Translations under genes and position numbers: made by a program
In this document: piece by piece, positions 9,280 to 21,790 of the stretch
Layout of the letters: the number at the start of each line of letters is the position of its first letter
How positions within the stretch are numbered: position 1 is the stretch's first letter
The notes under the pieces: generated by a model
The model's input: the letters and a program-made list of their open reading frames with translations, nothing else
Database searches by the model: none
What the model was told of the DNA's origin: nothing
DNA from: an uncultured Campylobacterales bacterium
GTDB taxonomy: Bacteria; Campylobacterota; Campylobacteria; Campylobacterales; Sulfurospirillaceae
Direction of reading: 5' to 3'
DNA: 63,924 nucleotides
NCBI GenBank assembly: GCA_964598135.1
Contig: CAZRAK010000001.1
Coordinates: 1 to 63,924 of the forward strand

Positions 9280-11607
9280 GTGGCTGATGAATTAGAAGAA
9301 GAGATAATAATACTTGAATCAGATGACGAAACTAGTGAACTTGAATCAAAAAAGAGAGCCACTAGTGAAGCTGATGATAAATTAATACAAAAAAATAGGA
9401 TAAATAAAACATTACTACTCGCCATAGTAGCTATTTTCTCTCTTTTGTTAATCATCATTATAGCTATTATTGTCATTTTAAAAACAAAACATGTCGAAAA
9501 ACCAAAACTGATAAATACACAAGAGATAGTTCAAAAGCTGATAAAAAAGGAGAGGGTAAGCCTTTTTTCTCCATCGAAAATTGATAAAATGATACAAAAG
9601 GCAAACCTTCTTTATGAGCAAGGTGATAAACCAAAAGCATTAAAAATCTATGGACAAATAGCTACATTTAATGAAGCTCTTTCATATTATAATATTGGTG
9701 TGGCCAAAATGAAAGAGAAGAGCTATGCCCAAGCTATTGAAGCATTTAAAAAAGCTATACGAAACCGCCAACAAAAGTGCATTAGCTCTATAAATGCAGC
9801 TGTCAGCGCTCTAAATCTTGGCAAAAGTGACCTTTTTAAATACTACCTTGACCTAGCTTATGCCTATCTTCCTGATGATGTCAATTCTCCACTATATTCT
9901 TACGAAATGAGCTTGATAAACTATTATAAGAATTTTTATTACGAGGCTCTCTCATCACTAGAGCATCCTAGCAATAAATTTAATATTAATACCCAACGAT
10001 ATATCTCCTCAAAAATTTTAGCCTATATAGGACACAATAAAGAGGCAATTGATATGCTTTTGAAGATAAATTCTGTTGATATAAACTTTCCATTAGGACT
10101 ATTATATGCAAGGATACAAGAGTATGATATAGCCAAAAGATATCTACTAAAAGCACAATCTTTTACCAATGATCCTATAAAAGTCAAAATGGCACTTGCT
10201 TTAGTTGAGAATAAACTTGGGCAACTAAAAGATAGTGCAATACTTATGAGTGATGCAGTAAAATTAAATGAAAAAAAGGCACTTGTAGCTTATCCAATAA
10301 AAACCATACTAAAATATGCACTTTTTAATGTAAATATTGCACAAAAAGAGTTTGTTAAAAACTTATATTTTGATAATGAAAATGTATATAGTTTAATTTT
10401 TTACTTTGCACCATATAAAGTCTTTGATGCAACTCAAAGTGTTGAGTATATTAGAAAAGGAGGGATGAATCTTTTTCTTGACAAATTAGGTCCTGCGTTA
10501 AATTATCTAAAAGCAAGTTCAACCATATCAAAAGTAAATATTTCCATAGCAAAAGGTATTAAGAAAGCTCTTGAAAACCATGTTTTTCAAGCAAATAAAA
10601 TTTTTAAATCTATGATAAAAAAATATCCCTCTCACTCTATATTACACTATGATTTAGGTTTAACATACGCACAAATTGGTGATTACAAACAAGCTTATAA
10701 ACACTTTTCTACAAGTTATCATCTTGATAATACAAACTATCTAGCTGGGATTTTTGCCATATTTACAGCAAAACTAATCAATAAAGATGTAGCAAGATTA
10801 GCACAAGATGTAAAATCAAGTATATCCATGGATAAAAATATACCTGCTACTAATCTATATATGTCACTCATAAATTTAAGTGAAAATAATCAATTTTCAC
10901 TCTCAAGATGGGTGGAGGAAGACAAAAAAAATAACCCTCTAAATCTTGTTTTTGATGTAATAATTTCACAAAAGATTTCAAACAGAAAGTTTTTTAGAAA
11001 TAAAGCCACTCTCTTGCAAGCTCTTTTGCCAAAAGATTTGTTGAGCAATATTATATATTTCAATATGAAAAATGGAAAAGAAAATATAAAAGAGTATGCA
11101 AAAAATATACAGTTATCTTTTAAGGATAATTTACTAGATTTTAGTAGTTTTTATTATGGAGCAAAAATTGCAAGAGTACAGTACACAAAATTATTGCAAA
11201 TCTCTGGGTTACTTTATCATGAAAGAGATAGACTAAAAAAAAGACTTCCACTAGAGACAAAAGATACTATGGCACTGACTTATACGCTCGCCTACTTAGA
11301 TATTTATACAAATAATTTTGAAGAATCGTATGTACTATACAACAAACTCATAGATGATTATGACCAAAAAGACACTAAAACAATTTTTTTAGCAGCAACT
11401 GCGGCGATAGGTTCAAAACATATTGAAAATGCCATAGCTTTACTAGAATTATCAAAAATAATAGATAGAACCAACAACGAAAGTAGATATGCTCTTGGAC
11501 TTTTATACCAAGAAACGAAAAATTTCAAGGGTGCTATTATACAATACAAAAAAATTGGCAACATTGGTTTTAAATCTAAATATTTTAGTTTTAAAATAGA
11601 TAAATAG
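9280..11607 (+). CDS. pflB: Single-pass membrane TPR protein, likely flagellar motor disk protein PflB (Cj0390-like)
   Basis: Acidic N-terminus, one TM, multiple TPR repeats; position after trpS-serS as in C. jejuni. Confidence 0.7.
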   Translation: MADELEEEIIILESDDETSELESKKRATSEADDKLIQKNRINKTLLLAIVAIFSLLLIIIIAIIVILKTKHVEKPKLINTQEIVQKLIKKERVSLFSPSKIDKMIQKANLLYEQGDKPKALKIYGQIATFNEALSYYNIGVAKMKEKSYAQAIEAFKKAIRNRQQKCISSINAAVSALNLGKSDLFKYYLDLAYAYLPDDVNSPLYSYEMSLINYYKNFYYEALSSLEHPSNKFNINTQRYISSKILAYIGHNKEAIDMLLKINSVDINFPLGLLYARIQEYDIAKRYLLKAQSFTNDPIKVKMALALVENKLGQLKDSAILMSDAVKLNEKKALVAYPIKTILKYALFNVNIAQKEFVKNLYFDNENVYSLIFYFAPYKVFDATQSVEYIRKGGMNLFLDKLGPALNYLKASSTISKVNISIAKGIKKALENHVFQANKIFKSMIKKYPSHSILHYDLGLTYAQIGDYKQAYKHFSTSYHLDNTNYLAGIFAIFTAKLINKDVARLAQDVKSSISMDKNIPATNLYMSLINLSENNQFSLSRWVEEDKKNNPLNLVFDVIISQKISNRKFFRNKATLLQALLPKDLLSNIIYFNMKNGKENIKEYAKNIQLSFKDNLLDFSSFYYGAKIARVQYTKLLQISGLLYHERDRLKKRLPLETKDTMALTYTLAYLDIYTNNFEESYVLYNKLIDDYDQKDTKTIFLAATAAIGSKHIENAIALLELSKIIDRTNNESRYALGLLYQETKNFKGAIIQYKKIGNIGFKSKYFSFKIDK

Positions 11608-11631
11608 TCTAACTCATATGGAAAAAAGTAA

Positions 11632-14136
11632 ATGAAATACCAAAAAATGCTAAATGGCACAAAAGAGTATATCAAAAATATTGACTTTTTAACTATATTT
11701 TTCTTCATTCTTTTAGGTTTTCTTGCTATTTTATTCACTTATACTATGCAAATCAATACAAAAGAAAAAGAGTACAAAGAGTATCATGACAATCTATATA
11801 AGCTAGAGATTTTAGACAAAAGCTTTGACTCTTTTTTATTAAACCAAAGAAAAATTGTTAACTTTAATAAAATTATTTCTGAGATAGGCGAGTTTAAAAA
11901 TATAACAAATCAACTACTTAACAGTAAAATTTATAAAGAGTATGGAAATGATATATATAATAAACTCATCCAAATAAAAAAACTTTTTTTGAAAAAAATA
12001 GTATTACTGCAAAGATTTGAATTATACAATGAATCAAGCGTATACAATCTAGTCTCTCTACTAAATCTATCAAATATAATCAAGCAAAACAATAACTTTC
12101 AAGATACAGATAAGTTCATTGATAACTCTTTATTTGGGCTAATAAAAATATATTTAAATTTTGAAATAGATAATGAAAAATTAAATACTAACCTTGCTAA
12201 ATTAAAAAAAATAAAAAATAAGTCAAATAATCTTTCCTATTTTTATGTAACTATCAAATCAGCAATAAAAAAATTGAGAATAATTACGCATATAAAACAA
12301 GAAGCTTTTAAAATTCCTCTATTTAGTAAAATAGTAACCTTACACAATAGTATAGATATAAAACATACAAATATAGTTAAACGGCAAGAAAATATAACTA
12401 TCTATATGTTTATTTTTACTTTTTCTCTTTTGATTTTTCTAATATATATCTATATGAAATCTATAAAAACCACAAAAGAGCTATTTTCTTTTAAGTATGC
12501 GGTGCAAAATAGTGATGACACCATAGTTATAACTGATGAGCAAAGGCATATCACCTATGTAAACGAGGCTTTTACAAAAAACACGGGCTACAGTTGGGAT
12601 GAGGCAATGGGTCAAAATCCAAGTATTTTAAAATCTGGGAAAATGTCTGAAGAATTTTATATAAATATGAATAAAACTTTAAGTAAGGGAGAAAAATGGA
12701 ATGGCGAATTCATAAACAAAAATAAAAATGGCATCCTCTACTATGAAAAAGCCTCTATAATGCCTATGTTTACAAATAAAAAACCTATTGGATACTTAGG
12801 AATTAAACTAAATATAACCAACTACATAAAAGAGCAAGAAAAAGTAAAATTTTTGGCATATCATGATAACTTAACTCGCTTGCCAAACAGAAGACTGATG
12901 AAAAAGATTATTTCGTCAGAATTGGCAAAGAAAAAAAATAGATATATATCTCTATTTTTTTTAGATTTAGATGGTTTTAAAAATATAAATGACACATTAG
13001 GTCATGATATAGGCGATATATTACTTGTTAAACTATCAAAAAAACTAAAAAACTACATGGGAGAAGAAGATAGGGTATTTAGAACGGGTGGCGATGAATT
13101 TGCTATTTTAAACTATTTTGATATCAAAGATAATAGTAAAGTTATCGCGGAAAATATTCTAAAACTTATAAATGAGCCAATTTTTACCCATACTCACACA
13201 TTAAGGGTAGGAGCCAGCATAGGAATTGCCAAATTCAATAAAGATAAAGATAATATAATTACCCTTCTAAAACATGCTGATATCGCAATGTATGAAGCAA
13301 AACAAAATGGCAAAAATAGATATAAATTTTATACAAAAGAACTATCTCAAACCACAAATAAGAAAATGAAAACAGAGCAAAAATTATCAAAGGCTTTAGA
13401 AAACAATGATTTATATGTTGTATATCAACCAAAATACTATCTTAAGACACAAAAAATCAGATCAATAGAGGCTCTTATTAGATGGAGGGATGATGAATTG
13501 GGACTTATATCTCCTGATTATTTTATTCCTCTTGCTGAAGAGATGGATACGATAAATGAAATAGGAGAATTTGTTTTTAAAAAAGCTTGCGAGGATTTTA
13601 TAATTTTTAATAAAAAATATCCAAATCTCAAATCCGTGTCTATAAATGTATCTCCTGCTCAATTTTTAGATAACAATCTTGCAAAAAGGTTAAAAAATAT
13701 TATAAAAAAAGTAGGAATTTCACCAAAAAATATTGGTATAGAGATAACAGAAACTCATTTAATGCAAAATATGAAGGAAAACTCGAAATTATTAAATGAA
13801 TTAAAAGAGCTTGGCTGTGAAATTATCATAGATGATTTTGGAACAGGTTATTCATCTTTAAATTATTTAAAAAATCTACCTATTAGTAACTTAAAAATTG
13901 ATAAATCTTTTATAGATGATATTTGTACTAATTTTAACGATATAAAAATTACAAAGGCTATTATTGGTATCTCAAACAGTTTTAATTATACAACAGTTGC
14001 TGAGGGCATTGAGACTAAGGAGCAAGAAGAGATTCTTATAGATTTAGGAGTTGAAGTTGGGCAAGGATTCCTCTTTAGCAAACCAAAAACTAAAGAGGAA
14101 TTGTTAAAATTTTTAGATACCACAAAGGATGTTTAA
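11632..14136 (+). CDS. Membrane sensor PAS-GGDEF-EAL diguanylate cyclase/phosphodiesterase
   Basis: 2 TM with periplasmic domain, PAS ([16 protein letters not shown]), RTGGDEF, IEALIRW and [10 protein letters not shown]. Confidence 0.92.
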   Translation: MKYQKMLNGTKEYIKNIDFLTIFFFILLGFLAILFTYTMQINTKEKEYKEYHDNLYKLEILDKSFDSFLLNQRKIVNFNKIISEIGEFKNITNQLLNSKIYKEYGNDIYNKLIQIKKLFLKKIVLLQRFELYNESSVYNLVSLLNLSNIIKQNNNFQDTDKFIDNSLFGLIKIYLNFEIDNEKLNTNLAKLKKIKNKSNNLSYFYVTIKSAIKKLRIITHIKQEAFKIPLFSKIVTLHNSIDIKHTNIVKRQENITIYMFIFTFSLLIFLIYIYMKSIKTTKELFSFKYAVQNSDDTIVITDEQRHITYVNEAFTKNTGYSWDEAMGQNPSILKSGKMSEEFYINMNKTLSKGEKWNGEFINKNKNGILYYEKASIMPMFTNKKPIGYLGIKLNITNYIKEQEKVKFLAYHDNLTRLPNRRLMKKIISSELAKKKNRYISLFFLDLDGFKNINDTLGHDIGDILLVKLSKKLKNYMGEEDRVFRTGGDEFAILNYFDIKDNSKVIAENILKLINEPIFTHTHTLRVGASIGIAKFNKDKDNIITLLKHADIAMYEAKQNGKNRYKFYTKELSQTTNKKMKTEQKLSKALENNDLYVVYQPKYYLKTQKIRSIEALIRWRDDELGLISPDYFIPLAEEMDTINEIGEFVFKKACEDFIIFNKKYPNLKSVSINVSPAQFLDNNLAKRLKNIIKKVGISPKNIGIEITETHLMQNMKENSKLLNELKELGCEIIIDDFGTGYSSLNYLKNLPISNLKIDKSFIDDICTNFNDIKITKAIIGISNSFNYTTVAEGIETKEQEEILIDLGVEVGQGFLFSKPKTKEELLKFLDTTKDV

Positions 14137-15680
14137 ATCAAATTTTCATTGATATCTCTAAGTCCTTCTTTCATAGATACATAACTATTTAATGCTGCAA
14201 TATAAGCTTTTGCAGTTGCAAGCATTGTATCAACACTTAATCCATGCCCCATAATAGCAGGCTTACTCGCATCAAATACAACTTTTACCACTACTCTAGC
14301 TAAGGCATCTTTGCCCTGTGTTACAGAATCTACCTTATACTCTTTTAACTTTCCATGCACTCTACAAACCCTATCTATAACTTTAAATATAGCGTCCATC
14401 GTTCCATTTCCTATAGCAGCGTCTGTAACCTCTTTATCATCAAATCTAATAGTAACCGCCGCACTTGGCACACCACCAGGATTACAATCAGATAATTGCA
14501 AAGTAACTAGCTTGTAAACCTCAGAAATCTTAGTGATTTCAGCCGCAACTAATGCCCTGATATCATCATCAAAAATCTCCTTCTTGGCATCAGCTAGAAT
14601 TTTAAATCTTGTAAATGCTTTTTTAATCTCTTCTTCTTTAATATTAAATCCTAAAGTTTTTAGTTTTTCACTAAAAGCATGGCGACCAGAGTGCTTGCCC
14701 ATGACTAATGAATTTTTATCAAGTCCTATATCTTTTGCACTCATTATTTCATATGTTTGAATATTCTTTAAAATACCGTCTTGATGAATCCCACTCTCGT
14801 GTGCAAAAGCATTTTTGCCAACAATTGCTTTATTTGGTTGAGGCTGTAAGCCTGTTATTGTCGAAACAAGTCTACTTGTCGGATAAATTTCTTTTATATT
14901 TATATTGGTGCTATATCTTTCAAATATATCTTTTCTAGTTCTTAAAATCATCACTATCTCTTCAAGGGCTGCATTTCCAGCTCTCTCTCCCAAACCATTT
15001 ATAGTACACTCAACTTGCCTAGCACCATTTTGTATAGAGGCAATTGAACTAGCAGTTGCTAAACCCAAATCATTGTGACAATGCACAGAGAGTATAGCTC
15101 GCTCTTCTACACTGTCATGTAAAGTTTTTATGATTACACCCATCTCACTAGGCATTCTGTATCCTACGGTATCAGGGATATTTAAAGTACTTGCCCCTGC
15201 ATTTATAACTGCATCAAGTATCTCTTTTAAAAATCCGATATCACTTCTACCAGCATCTTCGCAGCTAAATTCAACATCTTCACAAAAAGTCTTGGCATAA
15301 GTCACAGCATCAACTGCCTTTTTTATCACTTGTGCTGGAGTCATTTTAAGTTTATACTCCATATGAATGGGGCTTGTTGCTATAAAAGTATGGATTCTTC
15401 TTCTATTTGCTTTTGCAATAGCTTCACCAGCAGCCTTTATATCGCCATCCAATGCTCTTGAAAGTGAACAAATGGTAGAGTTTTTAACTTGCTCACTTAT
15501 TTTTGCAATTGCATCAAAATCGCCAGGGCTTGCAGCTGCAAAACCCGCCTCTATAATATCTACACCTAACTTTTCTAATTGAAGTGCTATCTGTATTTTT
15601 TCTTCTGTATTCATGGATGCACCAGGACTTTGCTCACCATCTCTTAAAGTTGTATCAAATATTATTATATTATTATTCAT
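14133..15680 (-). CDS. leuA: 2-isopropylmalate synthase
   Basis: [29 protein letters not shown] and HESGIHQDG. Confidence 0.97.
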   Translation of the reverse strand: MNNNIIIFDTTLRDGEQSPGASMNTEEKIQIALQLEKLGVDIIEAGFAAASPGDFDAIAKISEQVKNSTICSLSRALDGDIKAAGEAIAKANRRRIHTFIATSPIHMEYKLKMTPAQVIKKAVDAVTYAKTFCEDVEFSCEDAGRSDIGFLKEILDAVINAGASTLNIPDTVGYRMPSEMGVIIKTLHDSVEERAILSVHCHNDLGLATASSIASIQNGARQVECTINGLGERAGNAALEEIVMILRTRKDIFERYSTNINIKEIYPTSRLVSTITGLQPQPNKAIVGKNAFAHESGIHQDGILKNIQTYEIMSAKDIGLDKNSLVMGKHSGRHAFSEKLKTLGFNIKEEEIKKAFTRFKILADAKKEIFDDDIRALVAAEITKISEVYKLVTLQLSDCNPGGVPSAAVTIRFDDKEVTDAAIGNGTMDAIFKVIDRVCRVHGKLKEYKVDSVTQGKDALARVVVKVVFDASKPAIMGHGLSVDTMLATAKAYIAALNSYVSMKEGLRDINENLI

Positions 15681-15731
15681 GTTAGTTTCCTTATATTTTT
15701 TGTTTTTACTATTTATTATTTAAAAAAATTG

Positions 15732-15830
15732 TTATGAGAGAAAGAGTAGATTTTGCAGGAGAGCGTTTTTGGTTTCTATTTTGGGTAAAAATTTTATAGA
15801 TTTTGCTATACCGATATAGACACTATTCAT
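15732..15830 (-). CDS. Putative leucine leader peptide, 32 aa (MNSVYIGIAKSIKFLPKIETKNALLQNLLFLS)
   Basis: -10 TATAAT at 15854-15859, SD AAGGAG, ATG 15830; five Leu codons (CTC CTG CTA CTC CTC) in the last nine sense codons; directly upstream of leuA. Confidence 0.7.
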   Translation of the reverse strand: MNSVYIGIAKSIKFLPKIETKNALLQNLLFLS

Positions 15831-15859
15831 AACGACTCCTTAAGATTTTCAACATTATA

Positions 15860-16585
15860 CTAACTTTTTCGATATTTTGCAATTGTAAAGTTATAAATTC
15901 CACGACTCAAACCATAAAAAAGGTAAATTGTTATGATTATCGTAATGCTTTCAATTGGGAAAATATAGACTAAAGAGAAGACCATTATAAGATAGATAAG
16001 CACTTTTAAAATATTCTGTTTCTCTAAATCAATCTTTTTAAAACTTGGATATCTAATGTTACTTACCATCAAAAATGACAAGATGGCAATACCAAATAAA
16101 ATAATAAAATCATACTGCTGAAAAAAATTATATTTTTCATGAATCAAAATCCACATAGCAAGCACAACTGCCGCAGTTGGTATGGGAACTCCTATAAAAA
16201 CAGATGGCTCACTAACTCCCACCATAACATTGAACCTGGCTAATCTAATTGCACCAAATACCACATACATTGCAGTCAATAATGAACCAACTTTACCATA
16301 ATTAATACCAACACTATAATAAAAAAGTATAGCAGGAGCCACTCCAAAAGCAACTATGTCAGCTAGTGAATCAAACTCTGCGCCAAATTTACTTGTAGTT
16401 TTTGTCAATCTAGCAACTCTGCCATCAAGCCCGTCAAAAACCAAAGATAAAAGTATAAATATAGCTGCCTTTTCAAAATCACCTTTTATTGAAGTCAATA
16501 TGCTAATGACCCCAACAAATATACTTGCAGCTGTAAAAAGATTTGGAATTATATATATAAGCTGGAGTTTATTGTTATTTATCAC
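15860..16585 (-). CDS. pssA: CDP-diacylglycerol--serine O-phosphatidyltransferase
   Basis: DGLDGRVAR..GAEFDSLAD CDP-alcohol phosphatidyltransferase motif; RLARFN. Confidence 0.93.
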   Translation of the reverse strand: MINNNKLQLIYIIPNLFTAASIFVGVISILTSIKGDFEKAAIFILLSLVFDGLDGRVARLTKTTSKFGAEFDSLADIVAFGVAPAILFYYSVGINYGKVGSLLTAMYVVFGAIRLARFNVMVGVSEPSVFIGVPIPTAAVVLAMWILIHEKYNFFQQYDFIILFGIAILSFLMVSNIRYPSFKKIDLEKQNILKVLIYLIMVFSLVYIFPIESITIIITIYLFYGLSRGIYNFTIAKYRKS

Positions 16586-17231
16586 TATTTATCTCATACG
16601 AAAAATATCCCAAAACACTCTCTCCGCCACGAACACTATCATCTATTCGAACTTTAACTCTAGTATCTATTGGTAATAGTAATTCGACACTACCGTCTAA
16701 TAAAATTCCAAATCTCTGAGCAAATTTCAATGGTCCTACACTCTTAAAAAGTTCTATATTTTTATTAAAAAAACCTGTTTTCAGAATTAGCACTATAGTA
16801 GCAAAATTTGATTTTAATGTAAGCATTGCTCGTTCGTTTAGTAATTTTGATAACTTATCTTCGCAATGCAAAAAAAGCCCATGTACTCTTTTTGTTTCCA
16901 AGATTGTTGCGGATACTGGTGATCTTAAAAGTGAAACATTTAGAATACTCTTTCTAATTTCAAGTTTCAGATACTCTGAGCCATCAGAAGAGATAACTTT
17001 TGAAATATCTTTAATTTTTCCATCTATTGGTGATAAAAGTGCCATCTTATCATCTTCTGCTGGTATTCGTTCAAAATTCCTAAAAGCAAACATTGAGCCT
17101 AAAAATAGAAAGAAAAATACCCAAGGTAAAAAATCCAACACACACGCAAATATAAACAACACAAGATAAAATCCCACAAAACCCCAACCCTCTTTTGCTA
17201 TAAGTTCAGTTGTTGTATGCGAGCGAAGCAT
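16575..17231 (-). CDS. psd: Phosphatidylserine decarboxylase-related protein (Cj1115c-like)
   Basis: N-terminal TM, SPIDG, NER and DGSVEL at the cleavage-motif position; adjacent to pssA. Confidence 0.7.
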   Translation of the reverse strand: MLRSHTTTELIAKEGWGFVGFYLVLFIFACVLDFLPWVFFFLFLGSMFAFRNFERIPAEDDKMALLSPIDGKIKDISKVISSDGSEYLKLEIRKSILNVSLLRSPVSATILETKRVHGLFLHCEDKLSKLLNERAMLTLKSNFATIVLILKTGFFNKNIELFKSVGPLKFAQRFGILLDGSVELLLPIDTRVKVRIDDSVRGGESVLGYFSYEINSDK

Positions 17232-19190
17232 CTAGCTTTCATCCTTCTTTATTTCAGTTTTATCTTTTTTATCTTCTTGAGCAATCTTCATAAGGCTTGG
17301 CATATCAAACTCTTTCTCATATGCTGATATAATTTCTCTTAGCTTGTCTCCATTTATAGTCTCATACTCTCGCAACACAACTACAATTCTTTCTATACAC
17401 TCAGAGTAAGCTTCTAGTCTCTTTTTGACAATTTCATATCTCTCATTTAGCATAGATTTTATATAAGCATCTAAATTTTCAGCCATCTTTTCACTATAAT
17501 CTTTTGTGCTTCCACCCATCAAAAAAGTATTTCTTTGTTTTTCTAGGACCATTAATCCCGCAACATCACTCATACCGTAGATACCAACCATAGATTTTAC
17601 GATATCAGTTGCTCTCTCCAAGTCATTTCCAGCACCAGTAGAAATCTCTTTGATAAATACCTCTTCAGCTGCTCTTCCTCCAAGAAGCGTATCAATCTCA
17701 GCAATAAGCTCATGTTTTTGCATAAGAAATTTGTTCTCTTCTGGAGTATTTAGTGTGTAACCAAGTGCGGCTAGACCTCTTGGGATGATAGAAACTTTTG
17801 AAACGCTTTTAGCCCCTTTTGTAGTTTCAGCAATTAGCGCATGACCACTCTCATGATAGGCTACTATTTTCTTCTCTTTTGGATTTATTCTTCTGCTTTT
17901 TTTCTCGAGTCCAGCTATAGCTCTCTCAACTGCTTCTACCATGTCCTTTTGTTCAACATACTCTTTACTTTTTCTTCCAGCCAATAAAGCAGCCTCATTT
18001 ATAATGTTTGCTAAATCAGCACCAGCAAGTCCTGCTGTAAGTCTTGCCACCTCTTTTAAGTCTATATCTTTTGAGAGTTTTATATCAGTAATGTGCACTT
18101 TTAATATGTCAATTCTTCCTTGAAAATCAGGTTTATCCACAAGTACTTGCCTATCAAATCTTCCAGGTCGCAAAAGTGCAGCGTCTAAGACTTCAGGTCT
18201 ATTGGTAGCAGCTAGTACAATAACGGGTGATTTGTCCGAATTAAAGCCATCCATCTCTGCTAAAAGCTGATTTAGAGTCTGCTCTCTCTCGTCATTTCCG
18301 CCCATCTGTCCATTTGCGGCTCTACTCTTTCCAATAGCATCTATCTCATCTATAAAAACAATAGCTGGAGCCTCTTTTTTTGCATTTTCAAACAAATCTC
18401 GCACTCGACTTGCTCCAACTCCAACAAACATCTCTATAAAAGATGAGCCAGAAACCGAGAAAAATGGAACATCAGCCTCACCAGCAACTGCCTTTGCAAG
18501 AAGTGTTTTTCCAGTTCCTGGAGGTCCAACTAAAAGCACACCTTTTGGGATTTTTGCCCCTAAATTCATATATCTACCTGGATACTTTAAGAAATCAACT
18601 ATCTCTTTGACCTCTTCTTTTGCCTCGAGTACACCTGCAACATCTTCAAATTTTACTTTTGGTTTTTCAGAGTTGACGAGTTTTTTGCTGCTCCCCATAC
18701 CAAGAATTCCGCCGCCCATATTTTTTTGCATCCTATTTGCCAAAAGCATCCAGATACCAAAAAATATAAAAATCGGCAATACCCAAGAGAAGAGAATTTC
18801 TGTAAAAATATTTGTCTCATTATACCCACCATATGGTATTTTCTTAGCTTCAAGCTGTGCTACAAGGTTATTATCACCTGCAACTTTTTTTATAATGTAT
18901 ATATCTTTTACAACTCCTTTTTTCACATAAGCTCGTATTATTGTCTGCCCAATAGCTACATAGCTTAGTTTACCCTCTTTCACTAACTCTTTAAATTGGT
19001 AGTAGTTTATATTTTTTGTAACTGAATTTCGAGATGGTCCGACAGAATTATTCACCATTCCATCATCAGGACTCAAGAAATTTTTAAATACAATTATAAT
19101 CACAATCGAAAAGATTGCAAAAACCAAAAGAGGATTTTGGTTGAAGAAATTGTTGTTGTTTAAACCTTTTTTATTATCATTTTGTGCCAT
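17232..19190 (-). CDS. ftsH: ATP-dependent zinc metalloprotease FtsH
   Basis: [19 protein letters not shown] and HESGH. Confidence 0.97.
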   Translation of the reverse strand: MAQNDNKKGLNNNNFFNQNPLLVFAIFSIVIIIVFKNFLSPDDGMVNNSVGPSRNSVTKNINYYQFKELVKEGKLSYVAIGQTIIRAYVKKGVVKDIYIIKKVAGDNNLVAQLEAKKIPYGGYNETNIFTEILFSWVLPIFIFFGIWMLLANRMQKNMGGGILGMGSSKKLVNSEKPKVKFEDVAGVLEAKEEVKEIVDFLKYPGRYMNLGAKIPKGVLLVGPPGTGKTLLAKAVAGEADVPFFSVSGSSFIEMFVGVGASRVRDLFENAKKEAPAIVFIDEIDAIGKSRAANGQMGGNDEREQTLNQLLAEMDGFNSDKSPVIVLAATNRPEVLDAALLRPGRFDRQVLVDKPDFQGRIDILKVHITDIKLSKDIDLKEVARLTAGLAGADLANIINEAALLAGRKSKEYVEQKDMVEAVERAIAGLEKKSRRINPKEKKIVAYHESGHALIAETTKGAKSVSKVSIIPRGLAALGYTLNTPEENKFLMQKHELIAEIDTLLGGRAAEEVFIKEISTGAGNDLERATDIVKSMVGIYGMSDVAGLMVLEKQRNTFLMGGSTKDYSEKMAENLDAYIKSMLNERYEIVKKRLEAYSECIERIVVVLREYETINGDKLREIISAYEKEFDMPSLMKIAQEDKKDKTEIKKDES

Positions 19191-20018
19191 TTATCGCCTT
19201 TGTAAAACTAATGTAAACCATTCATTTTTTTTGTATTTTTTTTGTATTTTCATATTTGAAAATCTATTTTCTACTCTATCTATGTATTTGTCTAGGATAC
19301 CAGATAATATTAAATATCCACCATCTTTTACTCTTTTTGTTAAATCATCTGCTATCATTATCAAAATATCCGCTATTATATTTGCTACTACTATATCATA
19401 TTTTTTATCTGTTCCTTGTACTGAACCCGTCCAAGAATTTGCTATTTTCTCGCCATTTAATTTAAAATTTTCTTTTGCACTCCTGATTGCTAGTTCATCA
19501 GTATCACAAATATCAACTTTAGCACCTAGTTTTGCCCCCACTATCGACAAAATACCACTTCCACATCCAACATCCAAAAAAGTATTGCCTTTTTGCAAAT
19601 ACTTCTGTATCTGTAAAATGCAGCCATAAGTACTCTCATGATGTCCTGAACCAAAAGCAAGGGCTGGATTTATAATGATATCAATCTTACCGCTTTTTGA
19701 TTTTCCCCAATCAGGTCTAATATAAAATCTTCCAACATCTATGGGTTGGATAGAAATTTGATATTTTTTTACCCAATTTTCATTTTTTTTGATATCCCTC
19801 TTTGTTCTTAAGGTGATTTTTTTACCTAATATTTTTGAGAGTTCTGTAGAGTATTTTTGGAGTGCAAATTCTACAATCTCAAGATCATCCTCACTTCTTA
19901 ATATAATATTACCATCTTTTTCTTCAATAGCTTCATAGCCTAAATCAAAAATAAAATCTATAAAATATGAGTGATAAACATCGGGAGTAACGAAAAGCTC
20001 GTTATAAGTTTTATCCAT
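19191..20018 (-). CDS. prmA: Ribosomal protein L11 methyltransferase
   Basis: PALAFGSGHHEST, LDVGCGSGILS and ANIIA. Confidence 0.95.
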   Translation of the reverse strand: MDKTYNELFVTPDVYHSYFIDFIFDLGYEAIEEKDGNIILRSEDDLEIVEFALQKYSTELSKILGKKITLRTKRDIKKNENWVKKYQISIQPIDVGRFYIRPDWGKSKSGKIDIIINPALAFGSGHHESTYGCILQIQKYLQKGNTFLDVGCGSGILSIVGAKLGAKVDICDTDELAIRSAKENFKLNGEKIANSWTGSVQGTDKKYDIVVANIIADILIMIADDLTKRVKDGGYLILSGILDKYIDRVENRFSNMKIQKKYKKNEWFTLVLQRR

Positions 20019-20021
20019 TTA

Positions 20022-20387
20022 TTAACCTAGAACATCCTCTAATTTTTCTTTTAAAACTTGTGGTGTGAACGGTTTGACTATATAATTATTTACGCCAGCT
20101 CTTAGCGCGGCAATTACTTCAGTCTTTCCGCCTTCTGTTGTAACCATTATTATAGGCATATCTTCGTACTTTGATTCAGCTCTTACTTTTTTGACGAGTT
20201 CAAGTCCATTCATCTCTGGCATATTCCAGTCAGTTATCAGTACATCTATATCGTTATGTTGTTGCATAACTTGCCAAGCAGCCACGCCATGTTCAGCTTC
20301 TAAGACATCTTTGTAATCTAGCCTTGCTAGAGTGTTTTTTATGATTCTTCGCATAGTTGAGCTATCATCTACTACCAATAATCTCAA
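20022..20387 (-). CDS. cheY: Chemotaxis response regulator CheY
   Basis: VDDSSTMRRII, TDWNMPEMNG and YIVKPF; TTG start; cheY-prmA-ftsH synteny. Confidence 0.93.
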   Translation of the reverse strand: MRLLVVDDSSTMRRIIKNTLARLDYKDVLEAEHGVAAWQVMQQHNDIDVLITDWNMPEMNGLELVKKVRAESKYEDMPIIMVTTEGGKTEVIAALRAGVNNYIVKPFTPQVLKEKLEDVLG

Positions 20388-20456
20388 TGTATATCCTTTT
20401 TCATTGATTTTTAATTCTAATAGCTACATTTTAACTAAATTTACTTTGAAGTTACT

Positions 20457-21182
20457 TTAATTTCTTAAAACACTTACTAGCCCGAATGCTCTTGCGATAT
20501 CCAATGTTCCTTCATAATACGCTTTACCAACTATAACACCAGATACCTCGCCAGTATATGCCAAAATTTTTATATCCTCTATATCTTTAACCCCACCACT
20601 TGCTATTGTGTTAACTTGTGAAGCTCTTGCAATATCCAATGTAAAGCCAATATTTACACCCTCAAGCATCCCATCTTTGGCAACATCTGTACATATAATA
20701 GCCTCTACTCCAGCATTTGCAAACTCTTTTGCCAAATCTGTTGCTTTTATTGTTGATTTTTGGGCCCATCCTTCAACTGCTACAAATCCATCTATAGCAT
20801 CTATACCCACAACTACCCTATACTTTTGAGACATTTTTTTCACAAAATCAGGATTTTTAAGAGCGATAGAGCCTAAAATAACCCTATCTATCCCTAAGTC
20901 AATGTATCTTTTTATAGTATCTTCATCTCTTATGCCACCGCCAAGTTCAAGTTGAAGGTTGCAATTTTTTCTTATTTTTTCTATCTGTTCCAAGTTCTTT
21001 GGTTCACCCGCAAATGCACCGTTTAAATCCACCAAATGAAGCCATTTTGAGCCTAACTCTTCGAAATGTTTTGCCACTTGCCAAGGCTCACTTGAGTAAA
21101 TCTTCGCACTATCCATCTGCCCTTTTGTAAGCCTAACAGCTTGTCCATCTTTTAAATCAATCGCTGGTAAAATATCCATCAT
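20457..21182 (-). CDS. hisA: ProFAR isomerase HisA
   Basis: [25 protein letters not shown] and IASGGV. Confidence 0.95.
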   Translation of the reverse strand: MMDILPAIDLKDGQAVRLTKGQMDSAKIYSSEPWQVAKHFEELGSKWLHLVDLNGAFAGEPKNLEQIEKIRKNCNLQLELGGGIRDEDTIKRYIDLGIDRVILGSIALKNPDFVKKMSQKYRVVVGIDAIDGFVAVEGWAQKSTIKATDLAKEFANAGVEAIICTDVAKDGMLEGVNIGFTLDIARASQVNTIASGGVKDIEDIKILAYTGEVSGVIVGKAYYEGTLDIARAFGLVSVLRN

Positions 21183-21790
21183 AACTCCACAAAATTTTTT
21201 AGTATCTTTAATCCATTATCATGTGATTTTTCAGGATGAGGCTGAAAGCCAAAGATATTGTCTTTTTGAACTACACTTGGAAAAGCATATCCGTAATTTG
21301 TCTTCGCTACTATATATTTATCCTCACAAGTTGCGTGAAAACTATGTACAAAATAGAGATAAGTCTCATCCTTGATATCTTGCAAAAGAAGTGAGTTTTT
21401 TTGGATAAAAATCTCATTCCAACCCATATGAGGAACTTTTAGTTTTTTTTGAAATTTTGTCTTATCAAACCCTATAATCTCTCCTGGAATCAAACCCAAA
21501 CCCTTTGTTTCGCCAAATTCATAACTCTTATCAAATAAAAGTTGCATACCTAAACAGACGCCAAGAAGAGGCTTGCCACTACTTGCAAAGCTAACAACCG
21601 CATCTCTCATTCCTGTCTCGTCCAAGTAATTCACGGCATCACCAAATGCTCCAACACCAGGCAAGAAAATCTTATCATAGAATTTTAGTTTGTCTGCATC
21701 TTTTACAATATCAACTTTTTTACCAATCTTCTCAAAAGCGTTATAAACACTCCTAAGATTTCCCATATTGTAGTCGATAATCCCTATCAT
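21179..21790 (-). CDS. hisH: Imidazole glycerol phosphate synthase amidotransferase subunit
   Basis: DYNMGNL, PGVG, GVCLGMQ and QPHPEKS. Confidence 0.95.
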   Translation of the reverse strand: MIGIIDYNMGNLRSVYNAFEKIGKKVDIVKDADKLKFYDKIFLPGVGAFGDAVNYLDETGMRDAVVSFASSGKPLLGVCLGMQLLFDKSYEFGETKGLGLIPGEIIGFDKTKFQKKLKVPHMGWNEIFIQKNSLLLQDIKDETYLYFVHSFHATCEDKYIVAKTNYGYAFPSVVQKDNIFGFQPHPEKSHDNGLKILKNFVEL

